Shown piece after piece: positions 1-23,535 of a DNA stretch of 64,000 bases. How positions within the stretch are numbered: the stretch's first letter is position 1; every line of letters starts with the position of its first letter. The notes below the pieces were generated by a model. The model was not told where the DNA came from, ran no database searches, and saw only the letters and a list, made by a program, of their open reading frames with translations. The translations under genes and the position numbers were made by a program. The stretch is from the human T2T-CHM13v2.0 reference genome, Homo sapiens. Location of the stretch: NCBI RefSeq assembly GCF_009914755.1, contig NC_060943.1; one strand, given 5' to 3'.

Positions 1-455
1 GAGCAAGACTCTGTCTAAAAAAAATTTTTTTTAAAAGAAAAAAAATTAGCTGAGTATGGTGGCACGTGCTTGTTATCCCTTTTGCTTGGGAGGTTGAGAA
101 GGGAGGATTGCTTGAACCCAAGAGGTTGTGTCTACAGTGAGCTGTGATCGTGCCACTGCACTCCAGCTGGGGCAACAGAGCAAGACCCTGTCTCTAAAAA
201 AAAAGGGGTGGGTGTGGGGCAGGGGAGGAAACAAATACCATGTATCTAAATTGATCGAAATTTAAAGAGAAGTGCAACAAATTATTGAGTTAGAGGGATA
301 CAGTAAGGGCCTCTCTTAGGACAAGCAGAAGGACTCTCTAAGGAGGTGACAGTTGAGCAGAGAGACCAGGAGGAAGTGAGGACATGGGCCCCACAAGGAT
401 CTGGAGAAAGAGTAATCCAGGTAGAGAAGATGGCACATGCAAAGGCCCTGAGGTG

Positions 456-1210
456 TTTTATTAATTTCCTTTGATGGCCATAACACATTACCACAAATTG
501 GGTGGCTTGAAACAACAGGAATTAATTCTCTTACACTTCTGGAGGCCAGAAATTCAGCATGGAGGCATCAGTGGGGCCATACACTCTCTCGAGATCTTTG
601 GGGAGGATCCTTACCTTCTCCAACTTCAAGAGGCTCCAGGCATTCTTTGGCTTATGGCTGCGTCACTCCAATTTCTCCGTATATCTTCAGATGGCCTTAT
701 TCCCTGTGCCTGCATCTCCTTCTGTATCTTTTTTTTTTTTTTTTTTTGAGACGGAGTCTCACTCTTTCGCCCAGGCTGGAGTGCAGTGGCGCAATCTCGG
801 CTAGCTGTAACCTCCACCTCCTAGGTTCAGGCAATTCTCCTGCCTCAGCCTCCTGAGTAGCTGGGATTACAGGCACACACCACAACACCCGGCTAAATTT
901 TTTTGTATTTTTAGTAGAGATGGGGTTTCACCATATTCACCAGAGTGGTCTCGAACTCCTGACCTCAGGCAATCCGCCTGCCTCAGCCTCCCAAAGTGCT
1001 GGGATTACAGGCATGAGCCATCCGGCCCGGCCCTCCTCCTCTACGTCTTATAAGGATACTTGTCATTGCATTTAGGGACCACCCTCATCCAGGATAGGCT
1101 CATCTTGAGACCCCTCACTTAACTACTTCTGCAAAAACACATTTTCCAAGTTAGGTCACATTTGCACGTTCTGAATGTACATTTTAGGGTCTGTCATTCA
1201 ACTCATTACA
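456..1210 (-). mobile_element. MLT1 (MLT1C-like) LTR split by an Alu at 728-1032
   Basis: accacaaattgggtggcttgaaacaacagg...ttctggaggccagaa and ttataaggatacttgtcattg...ggtcacatt. Confidence 0.75.
728..1032 (-). mobile_element. Alu (AluS-like)
   Basis: T tract followed by gagacggagtctcactct...cccaaagtgctgggattacagg. Confidence 0.95.
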
Positions 1211-1404
1211 AATGGGATGGGCTTTGCATGTGCAGAGAAAGTCAGGAAAGCCAGGATAGCTAGAAGGAAGAGAGCAGAGGAGGCAGGGAGGAGACGCTAT
1301 CAAAGGCTGGACAAAGGCCAGACAGGTATGATTTTACAGACTGCATGAGGACTGCAAATTTTATTCTAAGTGAATTGGAAAGCCAGAGAGGATTTTGAAC
1401 AATA

Positions 1405-4890
<3,486 letters not shown>

Positions 4891-5199
4891 AACCTTTATT
4901 TTTCTCTTGAGGCTCCCATCAGACTACCTGGGAAGGAGATCTTCGCTCCTGTCTCCCTTTCCTTTCCTTTCTCTTATCCCTCATTTCCTTTGGGTTTGGT
5001 TTTTTTTTTTTTTTTTTAGTACTAACTGCAGGATCTTGGCTCCCAGTGAATTGGCTAAGATTGTGAAGAGTATTGACAGCTTGGGGCTGAATCCTAGTTT
5101 TGCCTTTCAGTTGCATTTGATATTAGACACATTTCTTTTCTTTTCTTTTTTACTTCCCATGCTGCACTGATGTAACTTTTTTTTTTTTTTTTTTTTTTT

Positions 5200-5470
5200 T
5201 AGTTTCTAATTTTTGTGAGTACATAGTAGGTGTATATATTTATGGGGAACACAAGATTTTTTTTTTGTATCCATTAACCATCCCCACTTCCGTCCCACCC
5301 CCCACCACCCTTCCCAGCCTCTGGTAACCATCCTTCTACTCTCTATCTCCAAGAGTTCAATTGTTTTAATTTTAGCTCCCACAAATAAGTGAGAATATGC
5401 CAGTTCCATCTAAATTGTTGCAAATGACAGGATCTCATTTTTTTATGGCTAAATAGTACTCCATTGGGTA
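5200..5470 (-). mobile_element. L1MA-like 3' end fragment
   Basis: ccttcccagcctctggtaaccatccttctactctctatctcc...gctcccacaaataagtgagaa, next to a long T tract. Confidence 0.75.
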
Positions 5471-5476
5471 TAATAA

Positions 5477-5623
<147 letters not shown>

Positions 5624-5626
5624 TGA

Positions 5627-5842
<216 letters not shown>

Positions 5843-6376
5843 TAAGTTTCTCCTATAGCCTGGGATAAAAATGTATGGTTGGGCTGGGCGCAGTGGCTCA
5901 CACCTGTAATCCCAGCACTTTGGGAGGCCGAGGTGAGTGGATCACTTGAGGCCAGGAGTTCAAGATCAGCCTGGCGAACATGGAGAAACCCTATCTCTGC
6001 TAAAAATACAAAAATTAGCCAGTCATGGTGGCGTGCGCCTGTAGTCCCAGCTACTCAGGAGACTGAGGCACGAGAATCACTTGAACCTGGGAGGCGGAGG
6101 TTAAAGTGAGCTGAGATCATGCCACTGCACTCCAGCCTGAGCGACACAGCAAGACCCTTGTCTCAAAAAAAAGTATGATTGGAGCTAAAGAAGCAACTTT
6201 GGACTCAGACATGGAAGCTATGATTTAAGGAAAGCACTTTACCAGCCCTAAACTACCCACCTCCAGACCTGTACATGAGCAAGATATAACTTCTATCCAG
6301 GTTAAACTACTCTATTTTAGGTTCTCGTTGTTACAGCAGCTCATACTGTACAATAATTTAAAAGTTAGCACCAAGA

Positions 6377-6463
6377 GTGGGGTTTTGCCCTAATAAGTAC
6401 CAGATGTGGGGTTTTGCCCTACTAAGAACCAGAACTGGGGTTCTGCTGTAGTAAAAACCTGAA
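6377..6463. repeat. Three tandem 29-bp units
   Basis: gtggggttttgccctaataagtaccagat / gtggggttttgccctactaagaaccagaa / ctggggttctgctgtagtaaaaacctgaa. Confidence 0.85.
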
Positions 6464-6645
6464 CTGTAAGGCATTAACTTGACCATCAGACAGCAGGTCA
6501 TGAAGACACAGATACAAGGTGAGGATCTGGTGATCTATGTTACATTATGGCAGACCACTAGGTAAAACTGTGATGTCTTGAATGACAGAGCAGGCACCGA
6601 TGGAGTCTCCAAGCTTTGGAGATGTCATTGGAAGAACCCAGACTA

Positions 6646-6647
<2 letters not shown>

Positions 6648-6690
<43 letters not shown>
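6648..6690. repeat. (TG)~21 microsatellite
   Basis: Uninterrupted TG run. Confidence 0.97.
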
Positions 6691-6691
<1 letters not shown>

Positions 6692-6945
6692 GACTACTTC
6701 TGGCTACTATTAATAAAGAGAGAGATATGTACTGTAGAAGTGGAGATGGAAAGGAATAGAATTGTATCAGTGAGGCCGGGTGTGGTGCCTCACGCCTGTA
6801 ATCCCAGCACTTTGGGACGCCAAGGTGGGCGGATTGCCTGAGCTCAGGAGTTCGAGACCAGCCTAGGAAACACTGTGAAACACTGTCTCTACTAAAATAC
6901 AAAAAATTAGCCAGGCATGGCAGTGGGCGCCTGTAGTGCCAGCTA

Positions 6946-7086
<141 letters not shown>

Positions 7087-7425
7087 TCAAGGGAGGCTCT
7101 TTCTCCATGCAGGCTACAGTTGAAATGAACTGACGGTGGTGATTCAGGGCCTCACAGGGCTTCAAAGCAAAACACCTCCTGCACCCATAAAATGAAGCAT
7201 CCATGCAAGATGGCTCTGATGAGGCAACGGGTTCTCAGCAGCTTCCCACTTGGAAGTCTCTTCTAGACTGTGAGAGTCAGCCCAGGAGCAAGAGTACTGC
7301 CTCCCCTCTCAACTCTGCCTTTCAAAAAGCTAAGAGTAGCTGTCACTAACATGAGAGAATATCCCCGGGCGCGGTGGCTCATGCCTGTAATCCCAGCACT
7401 TTGGGAGGCCGAAGCGGGCGGATCA

Positions 7426-7641
<216 letters not shown>

Positions 7642-8006
7642 TCAAAAAAAAAAAAAAAAAAAGAAAGAAAGAAAATAAAAAAAGATAAGAGAGTACCAAG
7701 GTCCAGGCATAGAGGCTAGGAAATAAAGGAGGACAGAGTTAAGGTTTAAGAACTATGCCAGAGAAGATATTGATAATTGGCTCTCGCTCCTTGCATATGG
7801 GCCTGCCTGGAGACAAGAGGATGGAAAGTCTACTAAATTTTTGAGATCTGCATTGTCAAAGAAACTATATAAGTCTGGACTGCTTTGGCACAGTCTTTTG
7901 ACTGTGATTATTTGACATTAAAAAGAAAATCTTGGTGGGGAGCAATGGCTCATGCCTGTAATCCTAGCACTTTGGGAGGCTGAGGCGGGTGGATTACTTG
8001 AGATCA

Positions 8007-8192
<186 letters not shown>

Positions 8193-8629
8193 TTACAGAT
8201 GGAGACTCCATCTCAGAAAAATAAAATAAAATAAAATAAAATAAAATAAAATAAAAAAATCTTGGCCAGGAGCAATGGCTCATGCCTGTAATCCCAGCAC
8301 TTTGGGAAGCCAAGGCAGGGGAATCAATTGAGCCCAGGAGTTTGAGAACTGGCCTAGGCAAAAAAGTGAGACCCAATCTCTGCAAAAAATTAAAAAAATT
8401 AGCCGAGCATGGGGTTGCATGCCTGTGGTCCCAGATACATGGGAGGCAGAGGTAGGAGGATCCCTTGAGCCCACAAGGTTGAGGCTGCAGTGAGCCATAT
8501 TCACATCACTGCAGTCCAGCCTAAGTGACAGAGAAAGACCCTGTCTCAAAAAAAAATCTGTATCATGAACCCCCTCAAAATTGTACCAGCAAGAAACGAG
8601 AAAACTTCAGAAATGGCTTTGGGGCATAG

Positions 8630-9055
<426 letters not shown>

Positions 9056-9549
9056 TAGTTAATTTCTGCATAATGAAAATTTCATATTGCGGTTCATTGA
9101 CTTTTGTGTGTTTCCCACGCTTCCATTGAAGTGGAGGTTTTTTATTGTTTGGGAAATTGGGGGCAGAGGTGTTTGTTTGTTTGTTTGTTTGTTTGTTTGA
9201 CTATGGTTTTACCACTTATACTGCATGTAGACTAGAGGGAGCTTTTTAAGTTTGTAGGCCACCAGACCATGAGAAACCATACCAGAGCTCAATGGAGGAA
9301 TGTTATATTTCAAACCAGACCAGCGAGTGGATGAGTCATTAGGCTATGTCTCTTGGATAGGGATGGTCTGTGTATGAGAAGAAGGAGGTGCATGTACACT
9401 GTATGCAGTGGCACCAGTTCATCTAGCTCTGCCTGTTTAGGGAGGTGATTTAGATATTTCAGAACCAAGATATCTACAAGACAAATAAACTCTTCTCTTG
9501 CCAACTCAATGTTGCTAACTGGCTGCATTTCATTGCATATCTCTTTTAA

Positions 9550-10188
9550 CTTAATTTCTATTTTTAATTGTGGCAAAATACACACAACATAAACACTACC
9601 AGTAGAGTCATTTTTAAGTCTACAGCTCAATGGCATTACGTACATTCACACTGTTGTGTAACCATGACCACCACTCATTATCAGGACTTTTCCATCTTGC
9701 AAAAGTGAAACTCCATACCCATTAAACACTCACTCTCCATTCTCATCTCCCTTAGGCCATGACAGCTAGTGTTCTACTTTCTGTCTCTATGAATTTGAAT
9801 GCTCTGGGTACCTCACAGAAGTTGAATTATCTGGGTACCTCATAGAAGTAGAATTATACAGTACTTCTTATTTTGTTATTGGCTTATCTCACTTAGCATA
9901 CTATCCTCCAGGCTCATCCATGTTGTGTCAGAATTTCCTTCTTCTTAAGAATGAATAATATTCTGTTGTATGGTGGTATGTGCTATACCATGTTTTGTTT
10001 ATTCATCCATCCACTGAAGGGCACTTGTGTTGCTTCCAACTTTTTTGGCTATTGTGAATAATGTTGCTCTGAATATGGGTGTGCAAATATCTCTTCAAGA
10101 TCTTGCTTTCAGGCTTTTTGGATTACACCCAGAAGTAGAATTGCTAGATCATATGCTGAATCTATTTTTAACTTTTTGAGGAACCACC
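9550..10188 (-). mobile_element. L1MB-like fragment
   Basis: tacattcacactgttgtgtaaccat...ggcttatctcacttagcata...ttgctagatcatatg...tttttgaggaacc. Confidence 0.8.
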
Positions 10189-10377
10189 TGTATTAGTCTG
10201 TTCTCACACTATTAATAAAGATATACCTGAGACTGGGAAGAAAAAGAGCATTAATTGGACTTACAGTTCCAATGGCTTGGGGAGGTCTCAGAATCACGAC
10301 AGGAGGCAAAAGGCACTTCTTACATGGCAGCGGCAAGAGAAAATGAGGAAGACACAAAAGTAGAAACCCCTGATAAA

Positions 10378-10380
<3 letters not shown>
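10189..10380 (-). mobile_element. THE1/MST-type LTR fragment, truncated at an Alu junction
   Basis: tgtattagtctgttctcacact...aaagatatacctgagactggg...cttacatggcagcggcaagagaaaatgagg. Confidence 0.8.
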
Positions 10381-16280
<5,900 letters not shown>

Positions 16281-16836
16281 CCTTAGGAAGGCAAAGGCAA
16301 AGACTGCAAAATTGATACCTGAAATAAACCAAATAACACTTTCAGGAGAATGAGGTCAGCAAGATTGTGGAATAGAAGTTTTCTGCCTTTACTTCCTTCA
16401 GCTACTGGAAATTGCTGGCAACTGTTCAAAGTGAAGAATGCTATCATTAATATCAAGACCTTAGGAGTGAGGCTGAGATGCCCCCTTGGACTGAAGAATA
16501 AAAAAAAAAAATTCATGGTGAAACAGTAAGAGGAATGGTTCTCTCTGACTACACTGTCCCTCCCTGAGGCCAGCAGGACACCATATGCTGAGAGTTCTCC
16601 TGGACCCATGGTTTTTGCAGTGGAAGGGATGAGTTGGAAGTGAACATTCAGCTTCTCCATCATTCTGGGATTCTTCACGGGTAGCTTGCTCCTATCTCGT
16701 CCCACTTGAAATGTTGAGAATGCCGGCATGGCTGGACACCAGGGGTCAGTTCGGTCAAAGAACAGCGGACGAGGGGCTCACAGGAACCAGTTCACAAGTT
16801 TTGGTACTTGCGCTGCATCCCCACCAGCAGAAGTGC

Positions 16837-17264
16837 CGATATGGTTAGGATATTTGTCCCCACCCAAATCTCATGTTGAATTATAATCCCTAATGTTGGA
16901 GGTGGGGCTTAGTGGGAGGTGTTTGGGTCATGGAGGCAGATTCCTCATGGCTTGGTGCTGTCCTCACAATAGTGAGTGAGTTCTTGCAAGATCTGGTCAT
17001 TTAAAAGTGTGGAGCTATTCCACCCCACTCTCTCTCTCTTGCTCCTGCTTTTGTTATGGGAATTGCCTGCTCCCATTTTGCCTTTCATCATGAGTAATGC
17101 TTCCTGAGGCCTCCCCAGAAGCAAAGCAGATGACACCATGAAGCATGCTGGCACCATGCTTCCTGTACAGCCTGCAGCACTCTTAGCCAATTAAACCTCT
17201 TTTCCTCATGAATTACTCAGTCTCAGGTATTTCTTTATAGCAATGCCAAGAATGGCTTGCTACA
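16837..17264 (+). mobile_element. MST (MSTB-like) MaLR solo LTR
   Basis: gatatggtt...cccacccaaatctcatgttgaatt...ccaattaaacctctttt...ctcaggtatttctttatagcaatg...taca; ~430 bp. Confidence 0.85.
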
Positions 17265-18153
17265 CTTGCCACACCATAGAAACTAGCAAACAGCATCATG
17301 TGCAAGAAACATGGTGCATGTTATTTTTCCTAACAACATTACCACCCAGCCAGGGAAAACAACATCCAACCATGCCTGATCAGAGACAATTGCAGAGCCC
17401 AGCCAGCCGCCCCACATGATGGCAGAGTCCAGCCAGGTGCCCTTACCAGACTGTGGAACACATTCAGAAATACCACTCAACCTCAGAGAACAGGAAGCAA
17501 CTCAGCCCAGTTAGAGAACCCCACAGCAAAGTCTGCCTGTCTGGAGTTTCAACCAGCCAGCCCACCCAGAATTCCAAACTAAACTAAATAATAAAGGTCT
17601 ATCACAACCAAATTCCACCTGCAAAGGCTGGAAAGGATGGCTGTCTCCTCAAATGTAAAAGCAACTACGTAGGACACAGGTTTATGTTTTAAAAAACAAA
17701 CAAAAAAATAAAAAAACAAGGAAACATAACACTACTAGAAAAAAATAATAAAGCTCCAGTAACAGACCCAGAAGAAAAGGTAATCTATAAAATGACTGAA
17801 AATGAATTCACAATGATTCTCTAAAAGTTCAGGAGCCTAAAAGAAAATACAGATAGAAAATTAAATGAAATTTGAAAAAACTTTATAAACAAAATTAGAA
17901 GTTTGGCAAAGAAGTAGAAACAATTAAAAGCACAAATAGAAATCCTAGGAAGAAAAAAACATAATAACCTAAATAAAAAGTTTGATACAAAGTAGGATTA
18001 AGAGTGTAGAGATACTTTATTTCTGTGATCAAAGTTAAGTGGTTATCATCTTAAAATAATCTTTTAACACTATAAGATGTATTTTGCAAGCCTCATGGCA
18101 AGCACAAAGCAAAGGCCTATAATAGATACACAACAATGAAAAGGAAGGAGTCA

Positions 18154-18250
18154 GTGTTCGCTTTGGCAGCACATATACTAGAAATGGAATGATACAGGGA
18201 TGATCGTGGCCCCTGCACAAAGATGACATGCGCATTCTTGAAGCATCCCA
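18154..18250 (+). pseudogene. U6 snRNA retropseudogene (RNU6-type)
   Basis: gtgttcgctttggcagcacatatactagaaatggaatgatacaggga...ggcccctgcacaaagatgacatgcgcattcttgaagc aligns with U6 along its length; ACAGAGA box mutated to ACAGGGA; no PSE/TATA upstream. Confidence 0.93.
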
Positions 18251-19267
18251 ACATAAAACTTATTTTAAAAGGAATAAATCAAAACATATCACTAGAAGAA
18301 AGCATTTAAGCACTAAGAAAAAAAAGTAAATGAGGAAGAAACAAAAAGAATACATAAAATAACTAGAAAATAATCAGCAAAATGGCAATAGTAAGTCCTC
18401 ACCTGTCAACAATTACCTTGAATGGACACGAATTACATTCTCCATCAAAAAACATGGGGTGAAGGAATAGATAGAAAGAGGCACCCAATCATGTGCTGCC
18501 TAAAAGAGACTTAATTCACCTGTAAGAAACACAGAATGAAAGAGATGGCATGGAAAAAGATATTCTAGGGCTGGGCATGGTGGCTTACACCTGTAATCCA
18601 ATGCTTTGGGAGGCCAAGGTGAGCAGATCACTTGAGGTAGGCATTCGAGACCAGCCTGGCCAACATGGTGGAACCCCACCTCTACTAAAAGTACAAAAAT
18701 TAGCCAGACGTGGTGGTGTGTGCCTGTAATCCCAGCTACTAAGGAGGCTGAGGCAGGAGAATCACTTGAACCCAGAGGCGGAGGTTGCAGTGAGTTGAGA
18801 TCGCGCCACCGCACTCCAGCCTGGGCAACAAAGCAAGACTCCATCTCAAAAAAAAAAAAAAGAAAAAGAAAAGAAAGAAAAATATAATCCACTCAAAGGG
18901 AAGCCAAAAAAAGAGCAGGGATTACAATCCTTATGTCAGGAAAAGAAAATAAACTTTAAATAAAAAACTATAAAGAAACAAAGAAAAACATTATATAATG
19001 ATAAAGGAATCAATTCAGTACAGGATACAACAATTTTAAATATATATGCAACCAACAATGGAAAACATAAATGTATAAAACACATATTCCCTGAGGGATT
19101 CATGCCATGAAAAAGTACAAGGCCTTACTTCAAATCTTCAGAAACTGAAGTAAAATGAAACCCCAAGCCAAGAAACTCAGACTCTACTTAAGAAATCCAG
19201 ATCTAGGCCCGGCACGATGGCTCATGCCTGTAACCCCAGCACTTTGGAAGGCCAAGCAGGCAGATCA

Positions 19268-19501
<234 letters not shown>

Positions 19502-19910
19502 CTAATAAAAAGCATACTGGCAGACATGCCCTAAATATGTCTGAAACAGGCCTTTTTATGGTGAAGTAAACAACATCAAAGGGAAGAACAGAACCCTTTA
19601 TAGAGACCGTGATAGAAACTCAATAACATGGAAGACTTCACAGTGAAAAAATAATGAGATATGACTATTTAAGAAGTATAATTACTTAACATGACAAAAC
19701 ATTGTTAAATTGAAACAAATTTATAGGCAAATCACGAACTAGAACAAAGCTGTGATAAATGTTTACCTCTTACAAATTAAGAAAAATGTGAGCCAGGCAC
19801 AGTGACTCATGCCTGCAATCCCAACACTTTTGAGAGGCCAAGACAGGCAGATCTCTTGAGCCCAAGAGTTTGAGACCAGCCTGAGCAACATGGTGAAACT
19901 TCATCTCTAC

Positions 19911-19955
<45 letters not shown>

Positions 19956-20112
19956 TGTATATATATATTAGCCAGCCATAATAGCATGTGCTTGTAGTCC
20001 CAGCTACTCTGGAGGCTGAGAAGGGAGGATCACTTGAGACCAGGAGATCAAAACTACAGTAAGCCATGATTGCACCACTGCACTCCAGCCTAGGTGAACA
20101 GAGAGCGACCCT

Positions 20113-20300
20113 GAGAAAGAAAGAAGAAAGAAAAAGAGAGAAAGGAAGGAAGGAAGGAAGGAAAGATGGGAGGGAGGGAGGGAAAGAAAGGAAGAAAGGG
20201 AAAGAAAGGAAGAAAGAGAAAGAAAGGAAGAAAAAGAAAGAAAGGAAGAAAGAGACAGAAAGAAAGAAAGACAAAGGAAGGAAGGGAAGGGAAGGGAAAA
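20113..20300. repeat. GA-rich (GAAA/GGAA) polypurine tract, expanded Alu tail
   Basis: Almost pure A/G sequence. Confidence 0.95.
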
Positions 20301-21561
20301 TGTATAGGACCACTCCCCAACATTCATGGAGCTCAAATAAAGACCCATATACCATGTGACTGATTATTTAAAGTTAAAAGTGAAGCTAATAAACAGTTAA
20401 GTAAAATATGCTCTAACTCATCACACTGACAGCCTTCATAATGACATGAAAAAACAGAATTCAATTTAGGATTTCTGGACTCTTTAGAGTTCCACTCCAG
20501 AATGTGATGCTGTGGAGAGCACCGTGTGCTAGTTTCTAGCCCATGTCCTATCCCCTTCTCTTCCCACCCCAGGTGCCACTTAGCACTGCGAGGGGCCTTG
20601 TATGTATGTGTACAGATATCCCAACCATGCATCTTCAAGATGCAGCAACACCCTCCTTAACTACACCACTGCTTAACCACACCTAAGGAAATACACGCCA
20701 GCAGTGTGGTTCATATCAGAAGAAAGAAGTCCTACTTTTGGCCCTGCTAGTGGCTTGGAGCCACCTGGGCAGGGAATTCTAGGGTCATGTAGCGCATCAT
20801 CTACAATGAGGTGCAAGCTCAAGGTAAAGACATACTCTTGACTTTGTAAACTCTTCACCCCTTGGGATGGGGTAGAGTCGAGTCCTCAGATGCATCAGTG
20901 CCAGGGCAGAATCCCTCTTGCCCAAGGCTAACAGTAGTCCTCTAACACCCCAGTATAAAATCAGCAGATGACCCTGATTTCATTATGATATAATGTATAC
21001 ATGGATTGAAACATCAAACTGTACTCCATAAATACATAGAATTATTATGTGTCTGTCTAGATAATTTCACCTCTAGATTTTTCTCATTGAAAAATAACTG
21101 CACTTAGATATATAGGAATGTTCATAACTGCATTATTTAAATTTTTAAAGAGGACATGACCTAAAGTGTTCTATAGTCGAAATGCCCTTACAAACAAGGG
21201 TAAAACAAAATACTGACATTCTAATTGAAAAAGATACAAAGCACAAAAATAATAAGACATTATTAAAGTCGTATCTTTGAGAATGGATAATAACATGGGA
21301 AGAATTCTCATATATGGGTTGTGTGAGAGTGGGATACGAAACAGTAAAAATTCTGTGATGACATTCGCATACATTCTTTATACTTTTTTGAATTTCCCAA
21401 ATATTCTACATCAATTGCTAATTTGTATCAATAGAAAAATAACATTTCTTAGAGGATATTTTTTCTCTTGATAAACCCTTTTCCTGTTTAATCAATCTAG
21501 TTTGACAGAGGAAGCCAAGGGTTGAGATAAACAATGCAAAACATGCTAAAGCCATTTGTAA

Positions 21562-21702
<141 letters not shown>

Positions 21703-22413
21703 TAGGTAGGATTACAGGCATCTACCTGCCATCAAGCCTGGCTGTCATTTGTAATTAAAGTTTTAAGAAATAATCTGAAGAGCAAGTGACTGTGGAAGAG
21801 ACCCTTTAAGGTATTATCACAGGCTCCCTTCAGGTATAAGTCAGCACCCTCTTGGGCATCACATGGAAGGGAATTGGAAAGGAAACCCCCCTTGATATTT
21901 GCTCAGTGTAGGAGTGTCCTCTACCACAATTATCCTGCCTCCACTTGCTTGCCTCCAGTGATGAGAAGATCACTAGCTGCAAAAAAATGCCCATTACCTA
22001 GAGCAGAAATTTCATGCTCAAGGACAGCCCCTCAGTGACCAGCAGCAATACCAAGTAGAGCTCTGTAATATCACAAGCCTAGATTTGAATGCTGGTGCCT
22101 TACCAGGAACAGGGTGACCTTGGTCAGCTAATTTTGCTCCTCTGAGCTTCATCTATGAAAGTGGAGATTGATCTTCTGAAGTCACGGGTAATAGGAAGAT
22201 GCCCTGACAGTGTTAGGAATCTTTTGATCTCTAACTACATTTTTTTTTTTAGACTGAGTCTCGCTCTGTCACCCAGGCTGGAGTTCAGTGGTGCAGTCTC
22301 AGCTCACTGCAACCTCTGCCTCTGGGTTCAAGCAATTCTCCTGCCTCAGCCTCCCAAGTAACTGGGATTACAGGCATCCACCATCACGCCCGGCTAAGTT
22401 TTCGTATTTTTAG

Positions 22414-22554
<141 letters not shown>

Positions 22555-23014
22555 TGAGGACGCCTGGGATTCTTATTCTCTGCTCTGCACTGCTTGAGAG
22601 GCAGACTATAGCAGGTTTAATTTGCTCACATTCTCAGTCCTGGCATCAGGATTGGAACCCAGGAGTCTGTCTCTGGAGGCTGTGCTTTCAGGAGTGTGAG
22701 TTTCAGCGACTCACCTTTCATTACACACATCTTCATGAACAGCTCCTCTGTGACAGGTGCTTCTGAGGGCATGAGGACACAGCAGGGAACTAAATGGGCA
22801 GAGATCCCTGCCCTGGAGGAGCAGAAGGTACTAAGGGAGGCAGCCGCGCAATCAGCCACAAACAGGATAACTCAACAAGTGAGTTACATCAGAGCTAAGT
22901 GCTAGAAACAGAAAAGAGGACCTAAAGGGAGAATTGAGAAATCAGGCGAGAGTTGCCATTGTTAATGGGATGGTCAGAAAAGTCCTTGTTGATGTTTAAT
23001 CACGGTCAGCTCAG

Positions 23015-23306
23015 AATTTCTCCTTCCTCGACTGCCCCAATTTTCTGATCTCAGCTCTAGGCTAGAGATGGATCAGCGTGGCTTCTCCAGCCAGGCAAAG
23101 ACCCCGAATTCACAATTGAAAAAGAATGAGGGAATGAGTCAAGACGGAGGAGAGCATTCCAATTTCTCCTTCCTTGACTGCCCCAATTTTCTGATCTCAG
23201 CTCTAGGCTAGAGATGGATCAGCGTGGCTTCTCCAGCCAGGCAAAGACCCCAAATTCACAACTGAAAAAGAATGAGGGAATGAGTCAAGACGGAGGAGAG
23301 CATTCC
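23015..23306. repeat. Tandem direct duplication, 2 x 146 bp, 3 substitutions
   Basis: 23015-23160 and 23161-23306 both run aatttctccttcct...gagagcattcc. Confidence 0.97.
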
Positions 23307-23535
23307 AGGTAGAGGCAACACCCTGTGGCTGCACCATGCCTGGTACAGGAGCAGCAAGGAGGAATAGTGAGGGAGAGACAGTGAGGGAGAGGGAGCAGGT
23401 AAGCACAGGGAGGCGACAGAGGGATGTTGTGTAGGCCTTGTAGATCAAGGGGAGGACTTGGCATTTACTCCTAATGAGGTGGGACTATGGAGGGTTCTAA
23501 GCAGAAGAGGGACATCCCCAGGCTCAGGTGTTCCC

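Larger units (their letters stand above)
16300..19088 (+). mobile_element. Old L1M-type LINE (5' region, ORF1 remnant, ORF2 endonuclease start), interrupted by an MST LTR, the U6 copy and an Alu
   Basis: A-rich ORF1-like sequence at 17750-17960; atggcaatagtaagtcctcacctgtcaacaattaccttgaat near 18382 resembles the L1 ORF2 N-terminus; left boundary uncertain. Confidence 0.7.

Noticed and set aside
9111-9119. Perfect RBPJ/CSL site (CGTGGGAAA, minus strand) suggesting Notch autoregulation
   Set aside because: Single unpaired site in decayed repeat sequence 23 kb beyond the gene end; about one such match is expected by chance in a window this size.
18154-18250. Functional U6 gene
   Set aside because: Many substitutions including the ACAGAGA box, no upstream PSE/TATA, and flanked by a TSD.
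19807-20363. Lys/Arg/Glu-rich and Phe/Ser/Leu-rich ORFs
   Set aside because: Translations of an expanded GA-rich Alu tail.
23015-23306. Direct repeats as a CRISPR-like array or LTR pair
   Set aside because: Eukaryotic context, two abutting copies with no spacer; a simple tandem duplication.
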